Assembly: GCF_016744725.1 (NCBI RefSeq)
Contig: NZ_JADGDW010000002.1
Coordinates: 5,614-69,613 of the forward strand
Direction: 5' to 3'
DNA from: Candidatus Albibeggiatoa sp. nov. BB20
GTDB lineage: Bacteria; Pseudomonadota; Gammaproteobacteria; Beggiatoales; Beggiatoaceae
DNA length: 64,000 bases
Shown here in pieces: positions 26,674 through 36,548 of the stretch; the first letter of the stretch is position 1; every line of letters begins with the position of its first letter. A model generated the notes under the pieces. It did not search any database. It was not told the origin of the DNA and worked only from the letters and a program-made list of their open reading frames with translations. A program made the translations under genes and the position numbers.

Positions 26674-28323
26674 TTATCGTTTGGCTTTAATATAATTGAG
26701 CAAACCACTAACTGCATCATCAGCATTGATATGATGAGTTTTTCCTTCTAAATCAGGCAATAAAGTATTTGCAACTTGCTTACCTAATTCAACGCCCCAT
26801 TGGTCAAACGGGTTTAAATTCCAGCAAACACCCTGCACAAAAGTTTTATGTTCATACAGTGCCAATAACGCGCCCAGTGTTTCAGGGTTTAAACGTTGAT
26901 AAACCAGCACATTACTCGGTTTGTTGCCGATAAAAGTACGGTGTGGCAGTTGTAATGCAATTTCCTCTAAGGTTTCGCCTTTATCTTCCAGCATCTTTTC
27001 CGTTATTCCAGCCGAACGACCATTCATCAAGGCATCAGTTTGCGCCAGTGCATTGGATAAAGTAGCCGCTTCATGCGAATCTTTGTCATACACATTTTCA
27101 ACGGCAATGATGAAATCAGCAGGCACAATATGGGTTCCTTGATGCAATAATTGATAAAACGCATGTTGGCCATTATTTCCCGGTGCACCCCACACAATCG
27201 GACAAGTAGCATAATCCACGGTCTCACCATCACGTGATATCTGCTTACCTAAACTTTCCATCACCAATTGTTGTAAATAAGGTGGTAATAATTCCAACGC
27301 AAAATCATACGGCAATACAGCATGAGTTTGGGCATTCTCAAAAAAGTTGTTATACCAAATCCCAATTAAACCTAACAATACAGGCATATTTTGTTCTAGT
27401 GGCGCGTTTTGAAAGTGTTTATCCATTTCATGCGCCCCTGCCAATAACTTTTTAAAATTATCCATCCCAATCATAACGCTGATGGACAAGCCAATGGCTG
27501 ACCATAAAGAATAACGCCCGCCAACCCAATCCCAAAATTCAAACATATCATTGGGGTTAATACCAAATTCAATCACTTTCTCACGATTAGTGCTGACGGC
27601 TACGAAATGTCGAGCAATGGCGATTTCATTATTATCGGTCTTATTTAAAAACCAATTTCTAGCACTGTGTGCATTAAGCATTGTTTCTTGGGTCGTAAAC
27701 GTTTTTGAGGCAATGATAAATAAGGTTGTTTCTGGATTCAGGTCAGCCAATATTTCTGATAAATGGGTGGCATCAACGTTGGAAATAAAATGGCATTTTA
27801 AACGCTCATGATGATAAGGTTTTAATGCACGCACCACCATTGCAGGGCCTAAATCAGAACCGCCAATCCCAATATTAACAATGGTTTCAATCGGTTTTTC
27901 AGTAAAACCACGCCAAATTCCATTGCGTACCGATTCCGCAAATTGTTGCATTTGATTTAACACCGTGTTGACTTTAGGCATGACATCTTCGCCATCAATA
28001 TAAATCGGTGTATTACTACGATTCCGTAACGCGGTGTGTAAAACAGCTCGATTTTCAGTATGATTAATTTTTTCACCACGAAACATGCGTTCAATCCAAG
28101 TTTCTAATTGCGTTTGCTCTGCAAGTTTACACAATAAATCCACGGTTTCTTGAGAGAGGTGATTACGCGAGTAATCTAATAATAAGCCACATGATTCTAA
28201 TGAAAATTGGGAAAAACGCTGAGGGTTTTGCTGAAATAAATCGTGTAAATGGATCGATGACAGGCTGATTTGATGTTGTTGTAATTGTTTCCAAATCTCA
28301 GTTTGTGTTATTGAATTCTTCAT
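26674..28323 (-). CDS. pgi: Glucose-6-phosphate isomerase
   Basis: Full-length Pgi similarity (IGIGGSDLGP, NMPVLLGLIGIWY). The ATG at 28323 (MKNSITQTEIW) parallels the E. coli Pgi start; the track start 28335 is TTG. Confidence 0.95.
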   Translation of the reverse strand: MKNSITQTEIWKQLQQHQISLSSIHLHDLFQQNPQRFSQFSLESCGLLLDYSRNHLSQETVDLLCKLAEQTQLETWIERMFRGEKINHTENRAVLHTALRNRSNTPIYIDGEDVMPKVNTVLNQMQQFAESVRNGIWRGFTEKPIETIVNIGIGGSDLGPAMVVRALKPYHHERLKCHFISNVDATHLSEILADLNPETTLFIIASKTFTTQETMLNAHSARNWFLNKTDNNEIAIARHFVAVSTNREKVIEFGINPNDMFEFWDWVGGRYSLWSAIGLSISVMIGMDNFKKLLAGAHEMDKHFQNAPLEQNMPVLLGLIGIWYNNFFENAQTHAVLPYDFALELLPPYLQQLVMESLGKQISRDGETVDYATCPIVWGAPGNNGQHAFYQLLHQGTHIVPADFIIAVENVYDKDSHEAATLSNALAQTDALMNGRSAGITEKMLEDKGETLEEIALQLPHRTFIGNKPSNVLVYQRLNPETLGALLALYEHKTFVQGVCWNLNPFDQWGVELGKQVANTLLPDLEGKTHHINADDAVSGLLNYIKAKR

Positions 28324-28481
28324 GGTGGTTTCCAAAATATTGTTATTTAATTTATTATATCTGAGGCAGTTTACAATTGTATTGAGGTCAAAGCAGAAAA
28401 TCTACTCATAGCGATTGGTTTAAATATTGGATTGCCCTAATACTCTCAGAATTTGAGACCGATTTTCATAAGGAGAATATC

Positions 28482-29174
28482 ATGCGTTACACTGGCCTTT
28501 TATCTTATTGGCTTATACTTCCCCTCTTTGCTCTAAACTTTACGGTGCAAGCTGATGATGATGCAACCCCATCAACAACCAATGAAGTTCAAACCGTAAT
28601 TGAAGCATTAAGCCAACCTAAAGCAGCACCTAAGTTAACAGGTTCGCAATTGATTAAGGAGTTAAAGTCTGGTGGTTATGTGATTTTTATGCGTCATGCT
28701 TTGAGTGAAGAAGAAAATGATGAGTATGAAGTGGATTTAGAAAATTGTAAAACCCAGCGGAATTTATCTGAAAAAGGTAAAAAGCAGGCTAAAACAATTG
28801 GTAGTGCGGTGAAAAAATTAGGTATTCCGATTGGTGAGGTACATACCAGCCCTTATTGCCGTTGTGTAGATACTGCACAGTTAGTATTTGGTCAAGCGAA
28901 TTCTCGCCCTGAGCTAACTTATGCTGCCGCTTTAGAAACCGAAGAAGAGCGTGCTGAATATTCTGACACCTTGTTACAATTACTAAGTATTGCACCTGAA
29001 GAAGGTAAAAATACAGTCATAGTGTCACATTCAGTGAATTTACAAGAAGCGACAGGGATTTTACCAAAGCCTGAAGGTGTAGTGCATATCTTTAAACCTA
29101 CTGACGAGGGTTATGAGCATATTGGTGAAATTAAACCCGATTTTTGGGATATTTTCTTATTCACCGCACCTTAA
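28482..29174 (+). CDS. Histidine-phosphatase (phosphoglycerate-mutase-like) family protein with signal peptide
   Basis: The N-terminal hydrophobic leader ends in VQA. It has the catalytic RH motif (FMRHALSE), LSEKGKKQA and HTSPYCRCVDTAQL. Confidence 0.7.
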   Translation: MRYTGLLSYWLILPLFALNFTVQADDDATPSTTNEVQTVIEALSQPKAAPKLTGSQLIKELKSGGYVIFMRHALSEEENDEYEVDLENCKTQRNLSEKGKKQAKTIGSAVKKLGIPIGEVHTSPYCRCVDTAQLVFGQANSRPELTYAAALETEEERAEYSDTLLQLLSIAPEEGKNTVIVSHSVNLQEATGILPKPEGVVHIFKPTDEGYEHIGEIKPDFWDIFLFTAP

Positions 29175-29266
29175 TTTTTTGTAAATAGCGAAATACCACA
29201 GGTCAGGGCTGCTAATCTTTTAAAAATTGTCAGTCCTATACTTCACACTGTTGCAATTTGTTTTTT

Positions 29267-29314
29267 TCTCGTTCCACGCAATGCGTGGAATGTTCCATAG
29301 ACGCACTTGCGTCT
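29267..29314. repeat. Paired small palindromes of the GC-rich repeat family
   Basis: tctcgttccacgc-aa-tgcgtggaatg followed by agacgca-ct-tgcgtct. The arm motif is related to 417-440 (ccgttggaacgagag). Confidence 0.55.
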
Positions 29315-29660
29315 TGATATTTTTTGATGGCGATGCACCGCGTTGTCACAAGTTAAAATTCATTTTTAGACGTAGTTCAGTATAAACCAATTTATCCAAC
29401 ACTGGACTCTCTGCAACAGTGAGTAATTTACCTTTTAATTCAATTCTCTCAAACAATAATGGCCTAGATATTTTTTAACAAATACAATAAAACCCATACT
29501 TTAAAAGCATTTTATACTTATAAATTATTGAAGTATTTTATATTTTTCAAAATCTGATTGATGAGCTGTCAAACAAATATATCTAAATCTATTGCAGTTT
29601 TACCAAAACAAGGTTAATTTTGTACGCTTTGCAGATTTTTAGCTTTCAGGACAAAATATA

Positions 29661-30461
29661 GTGAGCAACCATATTCTAGGCTTTTCTGCCATATTGGCTT
29701 ATTTACTGGCAACTTCCTCAGGTTTATTTGTTTCACATTCCAACACACTACGTCGTCAAGCTGTACTTGCATTAAGTCTGATTGCCATCATATTACACGC
29801 ATTGGTGCTACGCCAAACAATGGTGATGCCAGAAGGATTGAATTTAGGGTTTTTCAATGCAGTCTCATTGGTCTCATGGGTTATTGCATTGCTATTGATG
29901 CTGACACTGACTTCAAAACCGATTGAAAGCCTTATTGTGGTTTTATTTCCTTTGGCGGCGTTCTCGATTGGATTAGAACTCTATTTTCACTCAACAGTTC
30001 TGCTGATTAGCAATATTCCATTTGGCGTACAAATTCATATTTTTTATTCAGTCTTGGCATACAGTGTGTTAACAATTTCAGCACTACAAGCGATATTTTT
30101 ATCCATACAAGATTATCAGTTACGTCACAAACGTCTTGGTTTTGTCATGCGTCAGTTGCCGCCATTACAGTTGATGGAAAGTTTGTTGTTTCAAATGATT
30201 GGCTTAGGCTTGCTGTTTTTAACCTTGAGCCTCATTAGTGGTTTTGTATTTTTACAAGATATTTTTGCACAACACTTGGTTCATAAAACGATTCTATCCA
30301 TTGCAGCATGGTGGTTATTTGCTGTTTTATTATGGGGACATTGGCAATATGGATGGCGTGGACGGATGGTTATTCGTTGGCATTTACTCGGTTTTTTCAT
30401 TCTTATGTTAGCTTATTTTGGTAGTAAATTAGTGCTTGAATTAATCCTACACAGGACTTGA
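29661..30461 (+). CDS. CcsA/YpjD-like cytochrome-c-assembly-family inner membrane protein
   Basis: 266 aa with a GTG start and 8 hydrophobic segments. The W-rich C-terminal part (LSIAAWWLFAVLLWGHWQYGWRG) is typical of YpjD-like proteins. Confidence 0.65.
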   Translation: MSNHILGFSAILAYLLATSSGLFVSHSNTLRRQAVLALSLIAIILHALVLRQTMVMPEGLNLGFFNAVSLVSWVIALLLMLTLTSKPIESLIVVLFPLAAFSIGLELYFHSTVLLISNIPFGVQIHIFYSVLAYSVLTISALQAIFLSIQDYQLRHKRLGFVMRQLPPLQLMESLLFQMIGLGLLFLTLSLISGFVFLQDIFAQHLVHKTILSIAAWWLFAVLLWGHWQYGWRGRMVIRWHLLGFFILMLAYFGSKLVLELILHRT

Positions 30462-30578
30462 CAAATTTAAGTTAGTTAATACATTTAGTTTCTTTAGGGA
30501 ATGCGCACAATACTTGCTTGCAATTAGATTTCTTTTTTGGTATAGGTGTGCAGCTTATTTTTATGAAGGAGAACACTC

Positions 30579-31025
30579 ATGTCTGTTGCAGCAGAACAAA
30601 TGAAACAAGTCAGTCAATCTATTACTGATTTTAAACCGTATCAACCTGCGTCGAATGAAGATTATATGAGTGACAAACAACTTGAGCATTTTAGCCAAAT
30701 GTTGTTAGCTTGGAAGCAAGAACTTGTAAATGAAGTAAAACGTACTGTCGATCACATGAAAGATGATGCGTCAAACTTCCCTGATCCGAATGATAGAGCA
30801 AGTCAAGAAGAAGAGTTTGCTTTAGAGCTTCGGACTCGTGATCGTGAACGCAAATTGATTAAGAAAATTGATGAAGCCTTACATCAAATCGGCATTGGTG
30901 AATATGGCTATTGTGAAGCGTGTGGCGTTGAAATTGGTTTACGTCGTTTAGAAGCACGCCCAACCGCAACCAAATGTATTGATTGCAAAACACTAGATGA
31001 AATCCGTGAAAAACAATTGGCCTAA
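30579..31025 (+). CDS. dksA: RNA polymerase-binding transcription factor DksA
   Basis: 148 aa with a coiled-coil region containing the acidic tip (DPNDRASQEEE), the zinc finger CEACGVEIGLRRLEARPTATKCIDC and an aaggag RBS. Confidence 0.95.
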   Translation: MSVAAEQMKQVSQSITDFKPYQPASNEDYMSDKQLEHFSQMLLAWKQELVNEVKRTVDHMKDDASNFPDPNDRASQEEEFALELRTRDRERKLIKKIDEALHQIGIGEYGYCEACGVEIGLRRLEARPTATKCIDCKTLDEIREKQLA

Positions 31026-31052
31026 TATTATTTAAACACTGCTTTTTTTAAA

Positions 31053-31916
31053 TTGTACATCGGAAGATTTGCCCCATCACCTACGGGCTCACTACATTTT
31101 GGCTCATTGGTCACGGCTGTAGGTAGTTATCTACACGCCCGACAGCAAAATGGCCGTTGGTTAGTGCGCATTGAAGATTTGGACTCACCACGTGTTGTTA
31201 AAGGTGCAGATAAAGCAATTTTAAGCACGCTCCACCGTTTCGGCATGGATTGGGATGGCGATATTATGTATCAAAGCCAACGTCAACTAGCTTACCAACA
31301 TGCCCTTGACGCTCTCACATCTCTGCAACTCATCTACCCTTGCACTTGTAGCCGTCAACGTTTGAAAGGCCAAATGTATGATGGCCACTGTAGGCAAAGC
31401 AGCTCTATCCCCAATCAGCCTCATGCGTTACGTGTCAAAGTAAATACGCTCTTATTGCACTTTTTTGATAATGTACAGGGTGAAATCAGCCAAAATATGC
31501 TAACGGAGATTGGTGATTTTATTGTCAAACGTAAAGATGGTTTGTTTGCTTATCAGCTAGCGGTTGTGGTTGATGATGCCGAACAAGGGGTGACAGATGT
31601 AGTACGTGGTTGTGATTTGTTGGATACGACCACACGGCAGTTATATTTACAGCAATTACTCGATTTTCCACGCCCGAATTACACTCATTTACCTGTGATG
31701 CTCAATGCTAAAGGCCTCAAACTGAGTAAACAAAACCATGCACCCACCATTGATGAACAGCCTATTCTACCATTGTTGTATCAAGCACTAGCGATGCTTG
31801 GGCAATTCCCACCCGCAGATTTAATCAATGAGAATATACAGATTTTTTGGGATTGGGCAATTGATAACTGGTCACTAGATAATGTGCCATTACAAGAGGG
31901 ATTGGAAGTAGGATAA
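31053..31916 (+). CDS. gluQ: Glutamyl-Q tRNA(Asp) synthetase
   Basis: YIGRFAPSPTGSLHFGSL (HIGH-type) and KLSKQ motifs in a truncated GluRS catalytic domain. It shows the classical dksA-gluQ synteny. A TTG start is proposed by the track. Confidence 0.9.
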   Translation: MYIGRFAPSPTGSLHFGSLVTAVGSYLHARQQNGRWLVRIEDLDSPRVVKGADKAILSTLHRFGMDWDGDIMYQSQRQLAYQHALDALTSLQLIYPCTCSRQRLKGQMYDGHCRQSSSIPNQPHALRVKVNTLLLHFFDNVQGEISQNMLTEIGDFIVKRKDGLFAYQLAVVVDDAEQGVTDVVRGCDLLDTTTRQLYLQQLLDFPRPNYTHLPVMLNAKGLKLSKQNHAPTIDEQPILPLLYQALAMLGQFPPADLINENIQIFWDWAIDNWSLDNVPLQEGLEVG

Positions 31917-32063
31917 GTATGTGTGTTTGATAAAAAATCAGCCACATCTATCTAAATGAGAGAATGGGTTATGGTTACATAGGGACTGCTGTCAGCCTAC
32001 GACACTGCTTTGCCAACAACAATAAGTGGAACTCCTAGTCATTTTACAACAACTAGGAGCTTG

Positions 32064-32179
32064 TATAGTCAATTTCGATTTGTATGTTAGGACTGGCAGT
32101 CCTTTTATACTTTAAATATCAATCACTTTTGAAATCTAGGACTGCCAGCCCTGTATTACTTTAAAATAAAACGATTATA
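32064..32179 (+). mobile_element. MITE-like intergenic repeat, full-length copy (best-preserved)
   Basis: tatagtcaatttcgatttgtatgttaggactggcagtccttttatactttaaatatcaatcacttttgaaatctaggactgccagccctgtattactttaaaataaaacgattata. It ends 1 bp from the clpA stop codon. Confidence 0.85.
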
Positions 32180-32180
32180 A

Positions 32181-34457
32181 TTAGACTTCAGATGCTTCTA
32201 GCTTACTATCTTGACCTTCTGTTGATTCAATTAACAAATCATCATCTTTGACTTGAACTGTTACATGTCCACCTTTTTCCAAATGCCCAAATAACAACTC
32301 ATTAGCCAATGCACGTTTCACTTTGTCTTGAATTAAGCGAGCCATTGGGCGTGCACCCATTTTCGGATCATAGCCTTTTTTCGCTAGCCAGTGACGGGCT
32401 TCTTCATCCACTTGTAGCGTGACATTTTTCGCTTCTAATTGTGCTTCCAATTCAATCACAAATTTATCAACCACATGCGCCACAATGTCTAATGGCAACG
32501 AATCAAATTGTACAATAGCATCTAAACGATTGCGGAATTCAGGGGTAAACAAACGTTTAATGGTTTCCATTGCATCACTGGTATGGTCTTGTGGACTAAA
32601 GCCCATAGAAGAGCGGTTTAAGTCTTCTGCCCCAGCATTGGTCGTCATGACTAAAATAATATTACGGAAATCGGTTTTACGGCCATTAGTATCAGTCAAT
32701 TTACCGTGATCCATCACTTGCAATAACAAGTTAAATACATCGGGATGGGCTTTTTCAACTTCGTCTAACAATAAGACCGCATGAGGAGTTTTGTTAATTG
32801 CCTCGGTCAATAAACCACCTTGGTCAAATCCAACATAACCTGGAGGCGCACCAATCAAACGCGAAACAGTATGACGCTCCATATATTCCGACATATCAAA
32901 TCGAATTAATTCAATACCAAGAATCTTAGCAAGCTGGCGTGTCACTTCCGTTTTACCTACACCCGTAGGCCCTGCAAACAGGAATGAACCAATCGGTTTT
33001 TCTTGATTACCTAAGCCCGAACGACTCATCTTAATCGCAGTGGCTAAAGTTGAAATTGCCATGTCTTGGCCAAACACCACCATTTTCAAATCACGCTCTA
33101 AATTACGCAATACATCTTTATCAGATAGAGAAACTGTTTTTGGTGGAATCCGAGCAATCTTGGCTACAATGCTTTCAACATCAGTCACATTGATGGTTTT
33201 TTTGCGTTTTGATGGCGGCAATAAGCGTTGTTTTGCACCTGCCTCATCAATCACATCAATTGCTTTATCTGGCAAATGGCGATCATGAATATATTTATTG
33301 GATAATTCAGCCGCAGCCCGCAATGCAGGTTGAGCAAATTTGATTTCATGATGTTCTTCAAACCGAGATTTCAAACCTTTTAGAATCTGCACCGTTTCTT
33401 CAACACTGGGTTCAATTACATCAATTTTCTGAAACCGACGTGATAAAGCCCGATCTTTCTCAAAAATACCACGATATTCCTGATAAGTTGTCGAACCGAT
33501 ACATTTTAGTTCCCCTGAAGCCAATACAGGTTTAATCAAATTTGACGCATCCATCGCACCACCTGAAGCCGCACCTGCTCCGATAATGGTGTGGATTTCA
33601 TCAATAAATAATACTGAATCAGGTTGTTTGCGTAATTGGGCAATCACGGATTTTAAGCGTTTTTCAAAATCGCCGCGATATTTTGTCCCCGCCAATAATG
33701 AACCCATATCCAGCGAATAAATAACACTTTCTTTCAATATTTCAGGCACTTTGCCCTCAACTATCATTTTGGCTAAGCCTTCAGCAATTGCCGTTTTACC
33801 CACGCCAGCTTCACCCACATATAATGGATTATTTTTACGGCGGCGGCATAAAATCTGTAATGTGCGTTCCACTTCGTATTGGCGACCGATTAACGGATCA
33901 ATTTTACCCAAAACAGCTTGTTCATTCAGGTTGACGGTATAGACTTCTAGCGGATTTTTTGCAGGTGCAGACTCTGCCCCAACTTCCTCATCTTGCGAAA
34001 TTGGAATATCCGTATTATCGTTATCAACCTTAGATATGCCATGCGAAATGAAATTAACCACATCTAAACGGGCAATATCTTGTTTGTCTAAAAAGTAAAC
34101 TGCTTGTGATTCTCGTTCACCAAAGATAGAAACCAGCACATTTGCGCCTGTCACTTCCTTTTTGCCTGAAGATTGCACATGGAATACCGCGCGTTGTAAT
34201 ACTCGCTGAAAGCCCAACGTGGGTTGGGTCTCTCGTTCATCACGGCGTGATAATTTTGGCGTAGTGGTTTCTAAAAACTCCACTAAATCTTTGCGTAATG
34301 TGTCTAAATTCACACCACATGCACGCAATACATCAGCCGCAGTTGGATTTTCTGTCAAGGCTAAGAGTAAATGTTCGACTGTCATAAACTCATGCCGTTT
34401 TTGCTTCGCTGAATTAAAAGCATCACTTAATGTGAGCTCTAATTCTTTACTTAACAT
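32181..34457 (-). CDS. clpA: ATP-dependent Clp protease ATP-binding subunit ClpA
   Basis: Two AAA+ modules (GEAGVGKTAIAEGLA; GPTGVGKTEVTRQLA). The N-terminus MLSKELELTLSDAF..HEFMTVEHLLLAL parallels E. coli ClpA, so the start is placed at 34457. Confidence 0.95.
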   Translation of the reverse strand: MLSKELELTLSDAFNSAKQKRHEFMTVEHLLLALTENPTAADVLRACGVNLDTLRKDLVEFLETTTPKLSRRDERETQPTLGFQRVLQRAVFHVQSSGKKEVTGANVLVSIFGERESQAVYFLDKQDIARLDVVNFISHGISKVDNDNTDIPISQDEEVGAESAPAKNPLEVYTVNLNEQAVLGKIDPLIGRQYEVERTLQILCRRRKNNPLYVGEAGVGKTAIAEGLAKMIVEGKVPEILKESVIYSLDMGSLLAGTKYRGDFEKRLKSVIAQLRKQPDSVLFIDEIHTIIGAGAASGGAMDASNLIKPVLASGELKCIGSTTYQEYRGIFEKDRALSRRFQKIDVIEPSVEETVQILKGLKSRFEEHHEIKFAQPALRAAAELSNKYIHDRHLPDKAIDVIDEAGAKQRLLPPSKRKKTINVTDVESIVAKIARIPPKTVSLSDKDVLRNLERDLKMVVFGQDMAISTLATAIKMSRSGLGNQEKPIGSFLFAGPTGVGKTEVTRQLAKILGIELIRFDMSEYMERHTVSRLIGAPPGYVGFDQGGLLTEAINKTPHAVLLLDEVEKAHPDVFNLLLQVMDHGKLTDTNGRKTDFRNIILVMTTNAGAEDLNRSSMGFSPQDHTSDAMETIKRLFTPEFRNRLDAIVQFDSLPLDIVAHVVDKFVIELEAQLEAKNVTLQVDEEARHWLAKKGYDPKMGARPMARLIQDKVKRALANELLFGHLEKGGHVTVQVKDDDLLIESTEGQDSKLEASEV

Positions 34458-34526
34458 GCTCATAACTAACCTCACTTTTTAAGATAGACAGGTATTCATT
34501 CGTCGCTTTAACCTGCCATCTGTGAT

Positions 34527-34853
34527 TCATATTTGCTCCATCGTACATAAGAGTGGATGTTGATTTTCTCGAGCGTAAGTATTGACTTGTGCGACTTTTG
34601 TTTCTGCGACTTCACGCGAATAAGTGCCACAAATCCCTTTTCCTTGTGTGTGAATTTGCCACATAACGCGACTGGCGGCTTCGCTGGGCATACCAAAAAA
34701 CACTTCTAAAATATGCACAACAAAGTCCATAGGCGTATAGTCATCATTCATCAGTATCACTTTGTATAGAGGCGGTTTTTTTAGTTTTGGCCGCGCTTCT
34801 TCTACAACAAAGTTATCATCATAATCTGGGGTGCTATTGGGGGAATCTGCCAT
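34527..34853 (-). CDS. clpS: ATP-dependent Clp protease adaptor ClpS
   Basis: 108 aa with the signature PPLYKVILMNDDYTPMDFVV, immediately upstream of clpA. Confidence 0.95.
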   Translation of the reverse strand: MADSPNSTPDYDDNFVVEEARPKLKKPPLYKVILMNDDYTPMDFVVHILEVFFGMPSEAASRVMWQIHTQGKGICGTYSREVAETKVAQVNTYARENQHPLLCTMEQI

Positions 34854-35090
34854 CGTTACAGCCGTACCTTAAAAATTTATGCTTTCACTATTTAGAAGCT
34901 ATTATTGCTAAGGTTATAATGTTCATGTGTTTTTGACAATCCCTAGTGAATTTTTTTATTTCAAGTTATAAAAACAGTTTAGTTTGAGCTAAAAACACAG
35001 TATTTCAAGGCTTTTATTGTAAACTTATAAATAAATATAGTATAAAAACGTTGCTTAACAGCATGGTGGATAATTTTGGATATTTCAAGT

Positions 35091-35600
35091 ATGACACAAG
35101 ATAATCAGTATCAAGAAAAAACTTTTTTACCTTTAGGTTTATGGCGTTATTACACCATGGTTTTGTATGAAAGCCTGCTGTTATTTGCCGTATTATTTTT
35201 TGCAGGTATTTTAGTATTGCCACTTTCACATGCAGAAAATAGCCCAATTTATGCTTTATATCTTGGAATAGTTAGTTTTGTCTATTTTGCATGGCAATGG
35301 CGACGTTCAGGACAAACTTTAGCGATGTCAACATGGAAGGTACGTTTGATTCAAGATGATAGGGATGCGGGGACTAAAATCAGTTGGTGGCAAGCTGTCA
35401 GACGTTTTGTCGTGGCCAGTGTGGTTTATTTAAGTTTTATTTTAGCCTGCTATTGGTCATTTTCTTCAGAACCAATTATGTGGTTAGCTTCAGTCTTATG
35501 GCTTATTTTCTTTTTAAATACAGTAAGCCCTTGGTTCGATATGCAGCGTAGAATGTGGCAAGACTTGGCTTCAGGTACAAGATTGGTTCGAGAAGTGTGA
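35091..35600 (+). CDS. RDD-family membrane protein
   Basis: It has a WRY motif, hydrophobic segments and RRSGQTLAMSTWKVRLI, typical of RDD-domain proteins. The ATG is at 35091; the track start 35076 is TTG. Confidence 0.6.
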   Translation: MTQDNQYQEKTFLPLGLWRYYTMVLYESLLLFAVLFFAGILVLPLSHAENSPIYALYLGIVSFVYFAWQWRRSGQTLAMSTWKVRLIQDDRDAGTKISWWQAVRRFVVASVVYLSFILACYWSFSSEPIMWLASVLWLIFFLNTVSPWFDMQRRMWQDLASGTRLVREV

Positions 35601-35769
35601 GTATTTTTAACAGGACTCTGGGGTTATAACAAAAAAATATCTCCAACAGTTCTAATCTGTTTAATGAAGCTCTATCATCGTTGATTCAGCTTGCTTAAAC
35701 ATCAATATATTTAGATTTATCAAAGCAGTATATTCATATCATTTTTTTAAACACAAGTATTTATCATCG

Positions 35770-36150
35770 ATGAAAAAATTAGATATTGAACAAATCATCC
35801 AAGCCCGTCTGCAAGATGCTAAAGTGTTATTAGATGCCTCAAGGTTTGATGGCTCTGTTTATTTATGTGGATATGCTGTGGAACTAGGTTTGAAAGCGTG
35901 TATTTGTAAAACCTTGCAATGGGATGAATATCCAACGACAAAAGGCTATCAAACATTTAAAACGCATGACCTTGATATACTGTTACATTTAACGGGACAA
36001 GAAAATAGAGTAAAGCACGAAATGTTTACTGAATGGTCAATTGTTTCAAAGTGGAATCCAGAGACAAGATATAGTGCAGTAGGTACTGTCACTCAAATCC
36101 AAGCAACAAAAATGTTCGATGCAACCAAAGCCTTTTTAGAGGTATTATGA
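35770..36150 (+). CDS. HEPN-domain protein (PF05168-like), no obvious Rx4-6H motif
   Basis: 126 aa. AKVLLDASRFDGSVYLCGYAVELGLKACI...KTHDLDILL...ETRYS follows the HEPN four-helix pattern (A..ll..g.y..a.y.a.qA.E..LKA....H.L..L....RY). No His lies 4-6 residues after the conserved Arg. Confidence 0.6.
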   Translation: MKKLDIEQIIQARLQDAKVLLDASRFDGSVYLCGYAVELGLKACICKTLQWDEYPTTKGYQTFKTHDLDILLHLTGQENRVKHEMFTEWSIVSKWNPETRYSAVGTVTQIQATKMFDATKAFLEVL

Positions 36151-36533
36151 AAGAATTACTAAAAAAATTTCAAAAAGCAGCACAACAAGTATCAGACTTG
36201 AAAGGTAGCTTTGATTTATTTGGCTTATTTCTACGAGAAGAAGCACCCAATAGATGGGATTTGCTCATTTCGGCAGACTGGGCAAAGGAAGACGAGGCTG
36301 CAGCCATTAACTTGTTAATAGAATATTTGCGTAAAGAACTCAGTGATAAAGAAATACTTCTGCTTTCAAAAATTGTCGTTTTAGATGAGTATGATTCTAT
36401 TTTAAATACTACAAACCAAATGACGATTATGAAAGATAATATTGTGACATTATCAGATACTGTTTTCTCTGGTATTCCTATCAAAAAAGCTTATATTTTA
36501 GCTGCACAAAACACAAGTAGTGCTACCGTTTAA
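36147..36533 (+). CDS. Hypothetical protein, possibly a degenerate minimal nucleotidyltransferase (MNT)-like partner of the HEPN protein
   Basis: 128 aa. The start overlaps the HEPN stop (ATGA). FDLFGLFLREEAPNRWDLLISADW resembles the MNT core l.GS.aRGe....SDiDLlv, but GS reads GL and the first Asp pair is incomplete. Confidence 0.4.
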   Translation: MKELLKKFQKAAQQVSDLKGSFDLFGLFLREEAPNRWDLLISADWAKEDEAAAINLLIEYLRKELSDKEILLLSKIVVLDEYDSILNTTNQMTIMKDNIVTLSDTVFSGIPIKKAYILAAQNTSSATV

Positions 36534-36548
36534 TGACTCATTAATCCC

